Positions 1 to 9,749 of a DNA stretch of 55,223 nucleotides are shown here, one piece after another (positions within the stretch are counted from its first letter, which is position 1; each line of letters starts with the position of its first letter). Made by a program: the position numbers and the translations under genes. The stretch is from a virus (lineage: Duplodnaviria; Caudoviricetes), in the IMG/VR virus record IMGVR_UViG_3300025282_000042, positions 1 through 55,223 of that record; one strand, given 5' to 3'. The notes beneath the pieces are model-generated. The model was not told the origin of the DNA. It worked only from the letters and a program-made list of their open reading frames with translations, and searched no databases.

Positions 1-132
1 CGATAGTTCATCAGATCATTTTCATAATTAGTCTCAAATTGACTTAACTCTTTAAAAGCATCTTTATCTCTTAATGTAGCTGCTCTATTCAAATTTCTAA
101 TTTCTTTTTTATCTAATCCTGCTCTTTCGATT
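1..132. repeat. Terminal overlap copy 1 (circular assembly junction)
   Basis: 1-132 matches 55092-55223 except position 6 (G vs T); the overlap lies inside an open reading frame. Confidence 0.95.
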
Positions 133-2105
133 TTTGCCATCTCAGCTTTTCTTTCTTTTTCACTTAACTCTCTTAACTGAGGGGCCATAGCTCTTGATGC
201 ATCAGCCATAATTCTTCCTGCAGTTTCAATTATACTTCCTCTACTAGCCTCTTCAGCACTTACCTGTCCAGTAGCTCCAAAAGCTGCAAGAATTTCAAAA
301 CCTCTTTGTTTTTGTAAAGAACCTATTTGCTCATCATACATTGTTTGAGCATCTTCTGCTCCTTCCCTTAACTCTTCCACAGCCTCTCTATCCTGACTTT
401 GTATATCTGTTCTAAAATCTTCTAATTCCGTTTTTTCTGTTCCATATCTACTTTTTCTTCTAGCCTGTCTTTGTTTTAAGTTTTCCAACTGTTCTTTTGT
501 AAACTTACTTTTTTCCGCTAACCCTTTTAGTGTTGCCCTTTCTGCTAGTTCAGAGGCAGCTAGTTCTGCAGCATCTTTAGTCTCTGCCGCCTCTAGTGAT
601 TTTTTGTAAGTAGCAATTCCTTCCTTTTCTCCTGCTAAGACATCATCATATGCCTGTCTTGGTGTTCCAATCCCCATGACATCTGAAAGTTTTTGATCCA
701 CAGGCTTTCCTAATAAAATATCTAATGGGTTCCATCTGGCCTGTCTCTTTTTAGCTTCTTCAACTTCTGCTGTTTTTAAGGCAACAGGAGAGACTTGTGC
801 TAATGCAGAGCTAACCCCTCTACCGGGTCCAATATCACTTTCATCTATAGAAGATACTCCTTCTACATTTAATTGCTCCATCTTATCTGCAGAAAGATTT
901 CCTAGTTGTGCCAGTTTTGCTATTCTTGCACTCTGCTGCCAAGGAAGTAAATCCCTTGAAGTAAATTCTTCTACTTCTTCAAAGCGTTCTGTCTCTGGAG
1001 TATCGGTTAAGTGAAATAGATTACGGCGAGGAGCGGCGTATTTCCATCCTCTGGTAAATTTGCGAGGCACTCTATACTGCTGTTTGGGCAAAGATTTATT
1101 ATTCTGGTGAGACTCAACCATACCAGAAAGTCCTCCTCTTATCTGTCCACCAGAAGCTGCTTTCTGCGTACCTCCAAATCCAAACCCACCAAGAGTACCA
1201 TATAATCCAGCCCCTTGAGCAGCAGCAGTAAGCAATGTCTGTCCAAGAGAAGGTGTAGGTGCAGTCTGGGTTGTATATTGATAAGCTGCTGGTGTATAAG
1301 GGAATCCTCTAATAGAAGCTTGATACTCCTGCAATGATCTTGTTGGGAATTCTCTTTCCTCAAGAAAATCTTGATAAGCTAAATCCAGTGCCTTCTGATC
1401 AAGCAATTGTTTTGATTCACCCACAGTCTGTAACGCAGCCAATTCTTTTAAAGCCTGATTAGGAACGCCAGTCATCTGTCTTTCTAAAAATCCAGATAGT
1501 CCTGCTGCTGCTGCTCTTTCATCTTGAAAAGCTTGTTGTGCCTGTGCAAATGCTTGAGCACTTCCTTTAGTTTGAATATCAGATAACTGTTCTTGTAGAT
1601 TTCTTAATGATTCAGACTCAAGAAGTCCTGCCCTTGACCCTCCGAAAGACCCTGCTGCTGCAGCTTCTGCCGCAACTTTTGGTGCAACCTGTAAATCAAA
1701 ATCTCTTTGAGCTTCTCTTTTTGCAACATCAATTACTTCCTGCTGAAAAGGACTAGACAATCTTGCTATATCTTCTGTCGTTATAGGTCTTCCTGCTCTT
1801 GCAGCAGCATCTGTAGCTGCTGTCAGAAATGTTGCACTTGTAGCATCAGGAACACTACTTATTCCTCTTCTGGCTAAATCAGTTAGTCCTGTAAAAGCTT
1901 CTTCCTGTAAAGGACCAAAACCTCTAATCCTTGGACCAGTAAATGGTATAAACTTCAATCCTTCTTGTTGAGCTTTAGCCTTCTGAAAAATATCTGTAAT
2001 AAAAGGTCTAAACTCTGGAGGAAGTTGTGTAGTTGTTATTGAGGTCGCTGATCCTACAGGAGTTCCTGCTGGTCTTGGGCTACCCAATACTGATAATATT
2101 CCCAT
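1..2105 (-). CDS. Internal virion/DNA ejection protein, 5' part; continues across the junction to 54461 (about 911 aa in total)
   Basis: Not in the ORF track because it runs off the window. ATG at 2105 (MGILSVLGSPRPAG...) with AAGGA upstream; frame open to position 1 and in frame with ORF 54461..55183; A/Q/E-rich helical sequence with SPFQQEVID and GSFGGSRAG motifs typical of podovirus ejection proteins. Confidence 0.75.
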   Translation of the reverse strand, partial: MGILSVLGSPRPAGTPVGSATSITTTQLPPEFRPFITDIFQKAKAQQEGLKFIPFTGPRIRGFGPLQEEAFTGLTDLARRGISSVPDATSATFLTAATDAAARAGRPITTEDIARLSSPFQQEVIDVAKREAQRDFDLQVAPKVAAEAAAAGSFGGSRAGLLESESLRNLQEQLSDIQTKGSAQAFAQAQQAFQDERAAAAGLSGFLERQMTGVPNQALKELAALQTVGESKQLLDQKALDLAYQDFLEEREFPTRSLQEYQASIRGFPYTPAAYQYTTQTAPTPSLGQTLLTAAAQGAGLYGTLGGFGFGGTQKAASGGQIRGGLSGMVESHQNNKSLPKQQYRVPRKFTRGWKYAAPRRNLFHLTDTPETERFEEVEEFTSRDLLPWQQSARIAKLAQLGNLSADKMEQLNVEGVSSIDESDIGPGRGVSSALAQVSPVALKTAEVEEAKKRQARWNPLDILLGKPVDQKLSDVMGIGTPRQAYDDVLAGEKEGIATYKKSLEAAETKDAAELAASELAERATLKGLAEKSKFTKEQLENLKQRQARRKSRYGTEKTELEDFRTDIQSQDREAVEELREGAEDAQTMYDEQIGSLQKQRGFEILAAFGATGQVSAEEASRGSIIETAGRIMADASRAMAPQLRELSEKERKAEMAKIERAGLDKKEIRNLNRAATLRDKDAFKELSQFETNYENDLMNY

Positions 2106-2115
2106 TTTTCTATCC

Positions 2116-3729
2116 TTATGATATAATTAGTGATTGTAAAGCTTTTGTCGCATCAGTCTCTGGTGGTTGCATGTCCCTGCCATATTTTCTTTTTCTGAAT
2201 TTAGATATAAATCCATCCATAGCTTCTGCCCCTTCATCTGCATTTCCATTTCCTAACATAGCCATTACATCTGCTGGCACTACATATTCTTTTGGAGATA
2301 CTGCAGCAATACCTCCTCCTTTAATAGGCATCATTACATTGTCTTGCATTCCATGTCCATCACCTTGTATTTGTCCTTCAAAGGCTCCTCCATCCTGAAG
2401 AGAAAGAAGCCCACCTTCTTTAGCAAAAATTTGAGTTGGATCAGAAAAAAATCTTCCACTTTGTCCAATAGCAGAAGGACTTACGCCTCCTTGTGTATAT
2501 AGCGCAACAATCTGTTCTTGTGTTAGAGGTGGCTGAAGTGCTCTAAAGTTAAATGGTAAGTCCTCTGGTACAAAGTCCTCTGGTAAGAAGTCATCAGATG
2601 TTTCTTCCGCTTCTTCGTAGGCTTTTCTCTGTTCTTCCATTGCATCTACATCTGCCATTACACTAGCTGTTTGTAAAGCAGGTTGAATTACTCCAGTTAT
2701 ACCTCTACCTTCTGGAGAATAATACTCTGTTACAGTTTCTTTAACATCTTCAAAAGTTTTAGGAGGTTTACCCAACCAATCTCTACTTGTATCCTTAAAA
2801 GCCTGTATATTTATTACTTCTTCTGGAGGAACATATCTCCCCAGTCCTTCTAGAGCATATGCTCCTATATTTTCAGTAGGTGTAAAACGACCAACTGTTG
2901 GAAGATTTCTTACATCTGGACCCAATTGTGATATATCCAGAGCCTCTCCTCCCAAACCTTCAAAACTTCCGGGTATGTTTGCTGCCTGTCTCATTATTTT
3001 AGGATCAAAACCAAGCTCCTCTAAATAGGTAGAACTTACCTCAGTTTCAGGTACACCTTGTTGTAGAGTTTGTGCTAATGCAGATTCAGAAGTAGGATAA
3101 TAAAGTTCATCTACCTTTTCTCCAAAACGATACCTCGCCTCTGGCTCCACTCTTCTTGCAGCATCTCTAATATCGAAATCGCTTAAACCTCTAAAGGTCT
3201 TTCTAGCTCCTGTTATATCGTCGTATTGTTTTATAAATTCATCATCAGGTTGAGGACCAACATGCTTTCTTCCATATCTACCAAGTTCTCCCAAGCCAGA
3301 AAACAGTGCTCCAGTTCCTGCACCATATCCTATAGATTCTCCTACAGGACGACCAGTAAGTGCTCCTGTAGCTCCACCAACAAAAGCACCTGTCAGTCCA
3401 CCCTTTAATAATCTTCCTGCAATTCCTCCACCAAATGCTGGTATTATAGATGACGCAATAGGTGTAAGTACAGTCCCAAGCAACATGGCTGCGATATTTT
3501 TTGGCTTAAGAAGTTTTTTAACAAAGCCTTTTACACCTCTAAAAATACTTCCTAAGAAATATTCTGGAAGTCCTGTCTTAGGATTGAGAGACATCAGCCC
3601 TGTAGACATAAGCCTTTGAACCTCTGGCTTAGTCATATGGACTAACTCTGTATCTCCCTGTCTTCCTCTTGCAGCCATTAAGTTTGCAAGACCAGACCCC
3701 GGAGCATTTCTATCAATATATAAAGCCAT
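2116..3729 (-). CDS. Internal virion (ejection/DNA transfer) protein
   Basis: GRQGDTELVHM..E and NPKTGLPEYF N-terminus, Gly-rich hydrophobic segment, C-terminal GDGHGMQDNV..EYVVPADV motif; lies in the ejection-protein block. Confidence 0.65.
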   Translation of the reverse strand: MALYIDRNAPGSGLANLMAARGRQGDTELVHMTKPEVQRLMSTGLMSLNPKTGLPEYFLGSIFRGVKGFVKKLLKPKNIAAMLLGTVLTPIASSIIPAFGGGIAGRLLKGGLTGAFVGGATGALTGRPVGESIGYGAGTGALFSGLGELGRYGRKHVGPQPDDEFIKQYDDITGARKTFRGLSDFDIRDAARRVEPEARYRFGEKVDELYYPTSESALAQTLQQGVPETEVSSTYLEELGFDPKIMRQAANIPGSFEGLGGEALDISQLGPDVRNLPTVGRFTPTENIGAYALEGLGRYVPPEEVINIQAFKDTSRDWLGKPPKTFEDVKETVTEYYSPEGRGITGVIQPALQTASVMADVDAMEEQRKAYEEAEETSDDFLPEDFVPEDLPFNFRALQPPLTQEQIVALYTQGGVSPSAIGQSGRFFSDPTQIFAKEGGLLSLQDGGAFEGQIQGDGHGMQDNVMMPIKGGGIAAVSPKEYVVPADVMAMLGNGNADEGAEAMDGFISKFRKRKYGRDMQPPETDATKALQSLIIS

Positions 3730-3731
3730 AG

Positions 3732-5645
3732 TTAAGTCACCTGATTTGGTTGCATGTAATGAGATTGTGGTAGTGTACTTTGTGCATATGCTGTATTAAT
3801 ATTACTTACTGGTTGAGGTTGTGGTTGCTGTGGTACAGGAGCATTTGCTGTATTAGGAAGCATAGTTAATCCTTTATTTAATAACTGTGCCTGATTATAT
3901 TGAGGTACAGAAGGAGCAGGAACATTTCCTTGAGCATAAGCATTTGCAACAATACTTCTTAGCCCACTCTTTATATTATCTCCTATATTCTGATTAACAG
4001 TATTTATCATTCCCTCCTGATTAGGAACTCCACTATATTTATCTCCTTCATATCCCATCTTTGTAGCTAACAGTTTTTCAATATTCTCTCCTGCCTGATA
4101 GACTGAAGGATTTCCTCCATGAGCCAGAGATATTAATCCTCCCTGTGCTCTTTGTTCCTCTCCCCCTGCTTGTATAACTTCCCAAGGTTCTATAATTTCT
4201 TCTTCTCCAGATACAGTTGGGAAAGAATATTTAGGAAGCAGCCTACTTCCTACTAGATTAAGAGCAGCAGTAGCTACTGGAGGAATTCCTAGAGCACCTC
4301 CTCCTATAGATATTAGTAGATTTTTAAGAATATCATTAAAATTTAATCCTCCTAAAAGATTCCCTACGTTGCTTAGTCCACCCTTAAAGTCAGGATTATA
4401 TCCAGTCCAAACTGGCATCTGTCCTTCGAGTTCATCTAACTCCCTTGTCGATCCTACTTTTCCTCGCCAATCTCTAACACCCCAAGTTCCGGGGCTATAG
4501 AAAGACGGTCCTGAACCTGACATTATATTTTCTCTGGATTGTGCTGCCCTCTGACGAGTTTTGTCAACTGGAAACTGACCATAACTTAGAGGAGGCCATG
4601 CTGAAGCAGCTTCTAAATAAGGATTTGCCGTGCCTTCTATAAGTGGTTCTACGGGGGCTGATCTAGGTACTCCATATATATCTTCTCTAGTTGGACCTGA
4701 AGTAGGATCAGTTCCTATCGCTGTAGAAAGAGGAGAAGGAGTTATTAAATCTGTTGCTCTAGGTACTCCAAATATATCTTCTCTAGTTGGACCTAAAGTA
4801 GGATCAGTTCCTATTATTGTAGAAAGAGGTGCATAGCGGGGACCACTTGCCGGACTCCACTGACCTTGTGCTATTAGATTAAGATAATTTTCATCTGCCT
4901 GTGATTCTATAGATTCCTGCTGTGCTAATAATGCATCTCTTTCTGCTTGTGATTTTAAGAAATCCTCCAATTGCTTTCTTCTTCTTTCACCCTCTATCGT
5001 TTCATATCTTCTGCGATTATCATAAAATGATCCTCTGGGTATGTCTGTAGGAATAAGAGTTTCAGCATATAGTGCATCATCGTCAAGAGTGCTGCGTGTT
5101 AGTTTATCTAATTCTGATAATCCTCCTGTAGTAGGGGATGTTGATTTAATAATTGGAACATTAGCCTTATCGTCTTGTGGAACACCTCTAAATGTTGTTA
5201 CAACGCTTTTTTTGGGGGGTTTAGTCCCTTTCAATTTAGCCAACTGAAATTCCGCATTAAGTTCAACTTCAGGATACTTTCGCCTTCCTGACGGATCATA
5301 TTCCCGTTGGAAATTTATATAATCATATATTCTTTCAGTTTCCTCATCAGTAAATCGAATACCTGCCTTGTCACCTAATCCAAAGGGGCCAATGCGTTGT
5401 TGTTCTCTAACAGGAAGAAGAGGTTCTGGAGCCAACGGATCACTTGGAAATTCTGGAGCCAACATACCACTTTGATATAGAGCTTCTGAGGCATAGGGAT
5501 CAGTTCTAGCAACATTTGCTAGTGCCTCTTCTCTATTCATAGCTCTCTGCATCAAATCCCTATCTTCCTCCTGTTGTGCTTGAGAGGGTGCTGACTCCTG
5601 TTCTTCAAACCCAAAAAAACCTACATCTGTAAAGTCATTTGCCAT
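3732..5645 (-). CDS. Putative internal virion protein
   Basis: ATG at 5645 overlaps the upstream TAA (TAATG); low complexity, Pro/Gln-rich; located between tail nozzle and ejection genes. Confidence 0.55.
   Translation of the reverse strand: MANDFTDVGFFGFEEQESAPSQAQQEEDRDLMQRAMNREEALANVARTDPYASEALYQSGMLAPEFPSDPLAPEPLLPVREQQRIGPFGLGDKAGIRFTDEETERIYDYINFQREYDPSGRRKYPEVELNAEFQLAKLKGTKPPKKSVVTTFRGVPQDDKANVPIIKSTSPTTGGLSELDKLTRSTLDDDALYAETLIPTDIPRGSFYDNRRRYETIEGERRRKQLEDFLKSQAERDALLAQQESIESQADENYLNLIAQGQWSPASGPRYAPLSTIIGTDPTLGPTREDIFGVPRATDLITPSPLSTAIGTDPTSGPTREDIYGVPRSAPVEPLIEGTANPYLEAASAWPPLSYGQFPVDKTRQRAAQSRENIMSGSGPSFYSPGTWGVRDWRGKVGSTRELDELEGQMPVWTGYNPDFKGGLSNVGNLLGGLNFNDILKNLLISIGGGALGIPPVATAALNLVGSRLLPKYSFPTVSGEEEIIEPWEVIQAGGEEQRAQGGLISLAHGGNPSVYQAGENIEKLLATKMGYEGDKYSGVPNQEGMINTVNQNIGDNIKSGLRSIVANAYAQGNVPAPSVPQYNQAQLLNKGLTMLPNTANAPVPQQPQPQPVSNINTAYAQSTLPQSHYMQPNQVT
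4662..4829 (-). repeat. Intragenic duplication, period 96 nt (PLST.IGTDPT.GPTREDI.GVPR x2)
   Basis: Near-identical ~72-nt units at about 4662-4733 and 4758-4829. Confidence 0.9.
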
Positions 5646-5926
5646 TAATTTAAATCCTGCCAAGAAGTTTCTGCCCCTAGACTAACATATCCTGCAAACT
5701 TCCCTCTGCTTGCTATATAAGCTATGTTACCTGCTTGAGGTCGCCCAATGCTTGTTATACATACCACACTAAAAATATTTGTAGATGGTTTTGCATCCAC
5801 CTGTGAATCCCTTTGTTCTAAAGTATTAACCAATACCGCACCCCACTGTTCCAGTAACTGATAAAATTCCTGTGCTGTATATTCTCCAATCCTGACGAGG
5901 CTACGAAGTTGTGGGTATCTCGCCAT
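5645..5926 (-). CDS. Small virion protein downstream of the tail nozzle
   Basis: 93 aa ORF tightly packed in the tail operon. Confidence 0.6.
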   Translation of the reverse strand: MARYPQLRSLVRIGEYTAQEFYQLLEQWGAVLVNTLEQRDSQVDAKPSTNIFSVVCITSIGRPQAGNIAYIASRGKFAGYVSLGAETSWQDLN

Positions 5927-5929
5927 ATC

Positions 5930-7789
5930 TTATCGTAGCCCGTCAGGTTGTAATGAAAGTCTCAGTGAGCCATATCTCCAGCTAGTCCCTGCTTCTCCTG
6001 AAGAAACCCGAACAATAGCTTGCCTTCCTCTTGCCCTAAAATCAACTTTCTTAGTTGTAGGAGATATAGTAAATGGTCCTTTTTTAATTTGATCATTTAC
6101 AGGAAAATTCTGTACAGTTATACTAAAACCTAAATTTCCTCCAGATAAGGTAAAGTCTGGTATTAATCTGTCTGCAAATAGCAGGTTCGTACCATCGGGA
6201 TTAATCTCAAAAACAGCAGACTCAATAAAAGATGTCTGTGCCACACCATTAGCTGTAAATATTCCATCTGGTTCGTTATTATAAAAGAATGAAGAAACAG
6301 AAACTCCTGTAGTTATTGTATTATCAAAAATAATCTTATCGAAATATGTTGTATTGATACCTGTACCATAATACCAAGCCTGTTCTTCTGTATTAAATAT
6401 AACGTACCTATCACATTCTGTAGAATCTGAAGAAGGATATAACCAGATCACTTCCTTAAATTCAGAATTAATTCCAGCATAAACCTTATCTTTATTTGTA
6501 ATATTAAAATCATCGAAGATATATCTTCTTACTGTACAAGGAAGATTCTTTACTCTACCATCAAAGAGATAGAAGTTATCATCCCCCATCCAGTAAGATA
6601 TACCATCATAATCTACTGCTGCATGAGGAGCAATCAATCCACAGTTGCTTCCCATTTGTGTAAACGAGAAGGTAAAAGGCGGTCCAACAAATTGCATACC
6701 CCATACAGAATTGTCTGTCCAAATCATAATTGAATTACGAGATTTTGTTGCACCAATAATTTCTGTTCCATCAGCCAGAATATTTTCTCCTGAAGTGGAA
6801 CTAATAGAGGGAGTAAAATTATTATAATTATTTTGATCAGCCCATCTTACCAATAAGGGATTATATGTTCCTGTTGCATACTCATTACTTCCTAAAGAAA
6901 TTAAATGTCTGTCATTAGGAGACACAACAATGTAGTTATTAATTGAAGGAGAAGCACTTACAAATCCTGCTCTTGGAGGAGTTGAGCTTCTGGTTGAATC
7001 CCAGAAATATATCCTGCCTCCTCTTCTACAAGCAAGAATGTCTTCTCCCCAATTATCTAATGTCCATTGAGTAATCCTTGTCACAATATTAGATGAGCTT
7101 GCAGCCTCACTCCATGCCCTGACTCCAGTTGTAGAAACTCCTGCATTATAAACTCCTGCTCCATATCCTAAACCCTGAATAGCTACATCTGTTCCTGTAG
7201 GTAAAAGATATTTTAATGTTGCTGTTCCTACCTTGCTTTGTGAAGCATTGGCTGTAACAGAAGCATCAAAAGAAAACTGGTTATCTCCTAAAACAGATAC
7301 AGCAAATGTCCCACCTGTTAAATCTATTGTTCCCCCAATTGTTGTGGCAGAGGTAAATGTAATAAAATCTCCTGTCTCTGCACCATGACTTGAAACAGAA
7401 ACAGATACTCTAGTGGAACCATCAACAGTATAAAAGCCATTATTTGTTCCATCAACTGTAACCACAGCAGAAACATTAGTTCCTACAGAAACCTCTTTAA
7501 TAGGTGTAATATCCAAGATGGAATTATCATTGTATTCGTATAACTTTTTCTCTGTTCCAAAAGAAGCAAATTTAAATGTATCGTTATCTGACCAAGCAAG
7601 CAAATCTCTTCCTGTTCCATCAAAAGAAGAAGTTGATCTCTTGGAATAACCCCTTAAATTTTCTGGTCTTCCCTGTCTAAACCTAATTTTATTACCGTCA
7701 TACCATGAACCTTCTTCAGCATACTCTGTAGACTCACGGTTAATTCCCGGTCTAAAATTTAATTTAGCTAATCTAGATTGTGTAGACAT
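5930..7789 (-). CDS. Tail nozzle / packaged DNA stabilization protein (P22 gp10 / tail tubular B-like)
   Basis: FRPGINRE, WYDGNKIRF, DNWGEDIL, VRWADQ, CGLIAP and C-terminal RARGRQ..QPDGLR motifs typical of podovirus nozzle proteins. Confidence 0.75.
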   Translation of the reverse strand: MSTQSRLAKLNFRPGINRESTEYAEEGSWYDGNKIRFRQGRPENLRGYSKRSTSSFDGTGRDLLAWSDNDTFKFASFGTEKKLYEYNDNSILDITPIKEVSVGTNVSAVVTVDGTNNGFYTVDGSTRVSVSVSSHGAETGDFITFTSATTIGGTIDLTGGTFAVSVLGDNQFSFDASVTANASQSKVGTATLKYLLPTGTDVAIQGLGYGAGVYNAGVSTTGVRAWSEAASSSNIVTRITQWTLDNWGEDILACRRGGRIYFWDSTRSSTPPRAGFVSASPSINNYIVVSPNDRHLISLGSNEYATGTYNPLLVRWADQNNYNNFTPSISSTSGENILADGTEIIGATKSRNSIMIWTDNSVWGMQFVGPPFTFSFTQMGSNCGLIAPHAAVDYDGISYWMGDDNFYLFDGRVKNLPCTVRRYIFDDFNITNKDKVYAGINSEFKEVIWLYPSSDSTECDRYVIFNTEEQAWYYGTGINTTYFDKIIFDNTITTGVSVSSFFYNNEPDGIFTANGVAQTSFIESAVFEINPDGTNLLFADRLIPDFTLSGGNLGFSITVQNFPVNDQIKKGPFTISPTTKKVDFRARGRQAIVRVSSGEAGTSWRYGSLRLSLQPDGLR

Positions 7790-7799
7790 TTAAATTAAC

Positions 7800-8723
7800 C
7801 TATCCAAATTCCTTCACAAGAAGAGAATCTACTGCTGAAGTTTCTCTCACATTATAAATAAGCAGGTCTACTGAATTAATAGACGTACTGAGTGTAGGAG
7901 TACTAGCTGCAGGAAATAAATAAGAGGCTCCAAAAGAAGCAGTTCTACTTCCTGTACCATCCTGAATAATATAAATATGTCCTGTCTGTCCTACTGTGGG
8001 ATTGGAAGGACTTCCTAAAGTTCTATTTCCTCCCAGTGTAACAATGAAATCATTACCTGTACTAAAATCTACATCAATAGAAGCTGCATCAGTCAATGTT
8101 GTTGGAGTAGAAATAAAAGGTCCAGAGAAAGTTGCAGTAGATGTTGCAGCTAAAGCTCCCTGTACACTTACTACAGAAGTAAAAGTTTTCTTTCCTGTAA
8201 TTGTTGTATCTGTAGATGTAGGAATATATCTAATATCTGCTGAAGAAACAGGAATAAGGTTTGCATCTCCTGTACCAAAATCTAAATCTGCTGCTGTACC
8301 AAGCCCTAGTCCTTTAGCATTAAATCCATATACAGAAACAGCATCACAAAAAGCCATTCCAGCCATACTTGCTACCACAGTCATTCCTGTACCACTTCCC
8401 GTTTTTAGAGTAATAGTACTGCTGCTTTGTCTTACAGTCTGATCATTAATAACGTAGAATTTTGAAACAGTAGGTATTGTAATATCAATATTTGCACTTA
8501 CAGTTCCTACAAATTCCAGAATAGCTGATCTTGATTGATCTGTAGTTCCATTATTTTCAGATAATGTAATATTAGCAGAAGAGCAGGAAACAGTAGTATA
8601 TGCAGCTAATGCATCATCCAACATATCAATAACATTAGCATTGAGAATAGTTCCCCAACTGTTAGGATTTTCTCCATCTGCCTGTTTTTCTAACCTGACT
8701 CTAGATGTAAATGTACTTGCCAT
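7800..8723 (-). CDS. Tail fibre/baseplate-like protein
   Basis: MAST..LEKQ.DGEN..SWG..LN N-terminal anchor; C-terminal LTDAASI.VDF..QDGTGSRT domain. Confidence 0.7.
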   Translation of the reverse strand: MASTFTSRVRLEKQADGENPNSWGTILNANVIDMLDDALAAYTTVSCSSANITLSENNGTTDQSRSAILEFVGTVSANIDITIPTVSKFYVINDQTVRQSSSTITLKTGSGTGMTVVASMAGMAFCDAVSVYGFNAKGLGLGTAADLDFGTGDANLIPVSSADIRYIPTSTDTTITGKKTFTSVVSVQGALAATSTATFSGPFISTPTTLTDAASIDVDFSTGNDFIVTLGGNRTLGSPSNPTVGQTGHIYIIQDGTGSRTASFGASYLFPAASTPTLSTSINSVDLLIYNVRETSAVDSLLVKEFG

Positions 8724-8733
8724 GTTTTATTCC

Positions 8734-9156
8734 TCAGTAATATTTTTGTTTGAACGAGGCTGGTCTTCCTCTTGCTATAGTATAAGCAACAATTGTATTT
8801 TCGTCATTAACTGTTCTTAAAGATAAAGCAACTGATTCAGTCTTAAGATAATCTACATAAGTAATCACAATAGAATATACTACAAATATAGAAGGTTTGG
8901 ATAACATTCTACATTCATCAGCATCTACCTTTTTCTTAAACAGAAGCATAATTTCTGGGAATCCTCCCGTAGTATCAATTCCAACCATTTCCATAATATC
9001 TTTTTCATCTTTACAAACTGCTCTAACTATAATATGATCACCACTTTTCCAAAGAGGTTCTGGAGCTTGAAATCCTTCTTGTGCTAAACTTGGAGTTGAA
9101 TAATATAAAAATACTCCTAGTAAACTACTAAATAAAATATATTTTAATTTTGTCAT
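8734..9156 (-). CDS. Hypothetical exported protein (Sec signal peptide)
   Basis: MTKLK + hydrophobic core + SLA|QE cleavage site; own AGGAG RBS; two Cys. Confidence 0.6.
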   Translation of the reverse strand: MTKLKYILFSSLLGVFLYYSTPSLAQEGFQAPEPLWKSGDHIIVRAVCKDEKDIMEMVGIDTTGGFPEIMLLFKKKVDADECRMLSKPSIFVVYSIVITYVDYLKTESVALSLRTVNDENTIVAYTIARGRPASFKQKYY

Positions 9157-9176
9157 CTAATATACTGCTCCTATAA

Positions 9177-9728
9177 TTATCCGCTTCGTGGATTTTTAGG
9201 CCAGTCATAAAAAACTGCTGCTTTATTTCCAGCATCTAACATCTCTTGTGTAAGAACTGTCATTGCTTTTAAATTATCTACACTATCTTTTTCGTCAATA
9301 GCAGCCTCTAATTCTGCAGCTTTAGCTCTTAGATCAGTTCTCCATTGCATTAAATCAGCAGGAGGTTCCTTTTCTATATCAGCCTTTCTAATAATAATCC
9401 AGTCTGTCTTTCCAAGTTCAGAAGAAAGAACAGAATTAACTTGTGCTTTCATATTATCTTTTATAAAACTTACAGTTCTTTCATTTTTAGTTTGTGTAAT
9501 GTTTACACTATCCTCTCCTATAACAGGAGAACCTTCAGAACCAGTATAAAACATATCATCTTGATACTGTCCTGAGTAAATATATGGAAGAATACCTATA
9601 GCTTTTCTCTCTGCATCTGTCCAAGCAGATGAAAAAATACTTCTAGGATATTGAATTCCACTTAAAGTTAAAGGTCTAGGATTATTAATTGTTTGAATAA
9701 TCTTACCTTCAGAAATAACTGCCCACAT
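9177..9728 (-). CDS. Tail fibre assembly/chaperone-like protein
   Basis: GIQYP..IF..W..ER.AIGI and L..TDW.IIR..E..WR..LR motifs typical of fibre-associated chaperones; follows the receptor-binding gene. Confidence 0.6.
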   Translation of the reverse strand: MWAVISEGKIIQTINNPRPLTLSGIQYPRSIFSSAWTDAERKAIGILPYIYSGQYQDDMFYTGSEGSPVIGEDSVNITQTKNERTVSFIKDNMKAQVNSVLSSELGKTDWIIIRKADIEKEPPADLMQWRTDLRAKAAELEAAIDEKDSVDNLKAMTVLTQEMLDAGNKAAVFYDWPKNPRSG

Positions 9729-9749
9729 CTGCTAGTTTCCTTTCTCTGT

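Noticed and set aside
1-132. End repeat as a biological direct terminal repeat
   Set aside because: It lies mid-gene and its exact part (126 bp) is assembler k-mer sized; better explained as a circularisation overlap.
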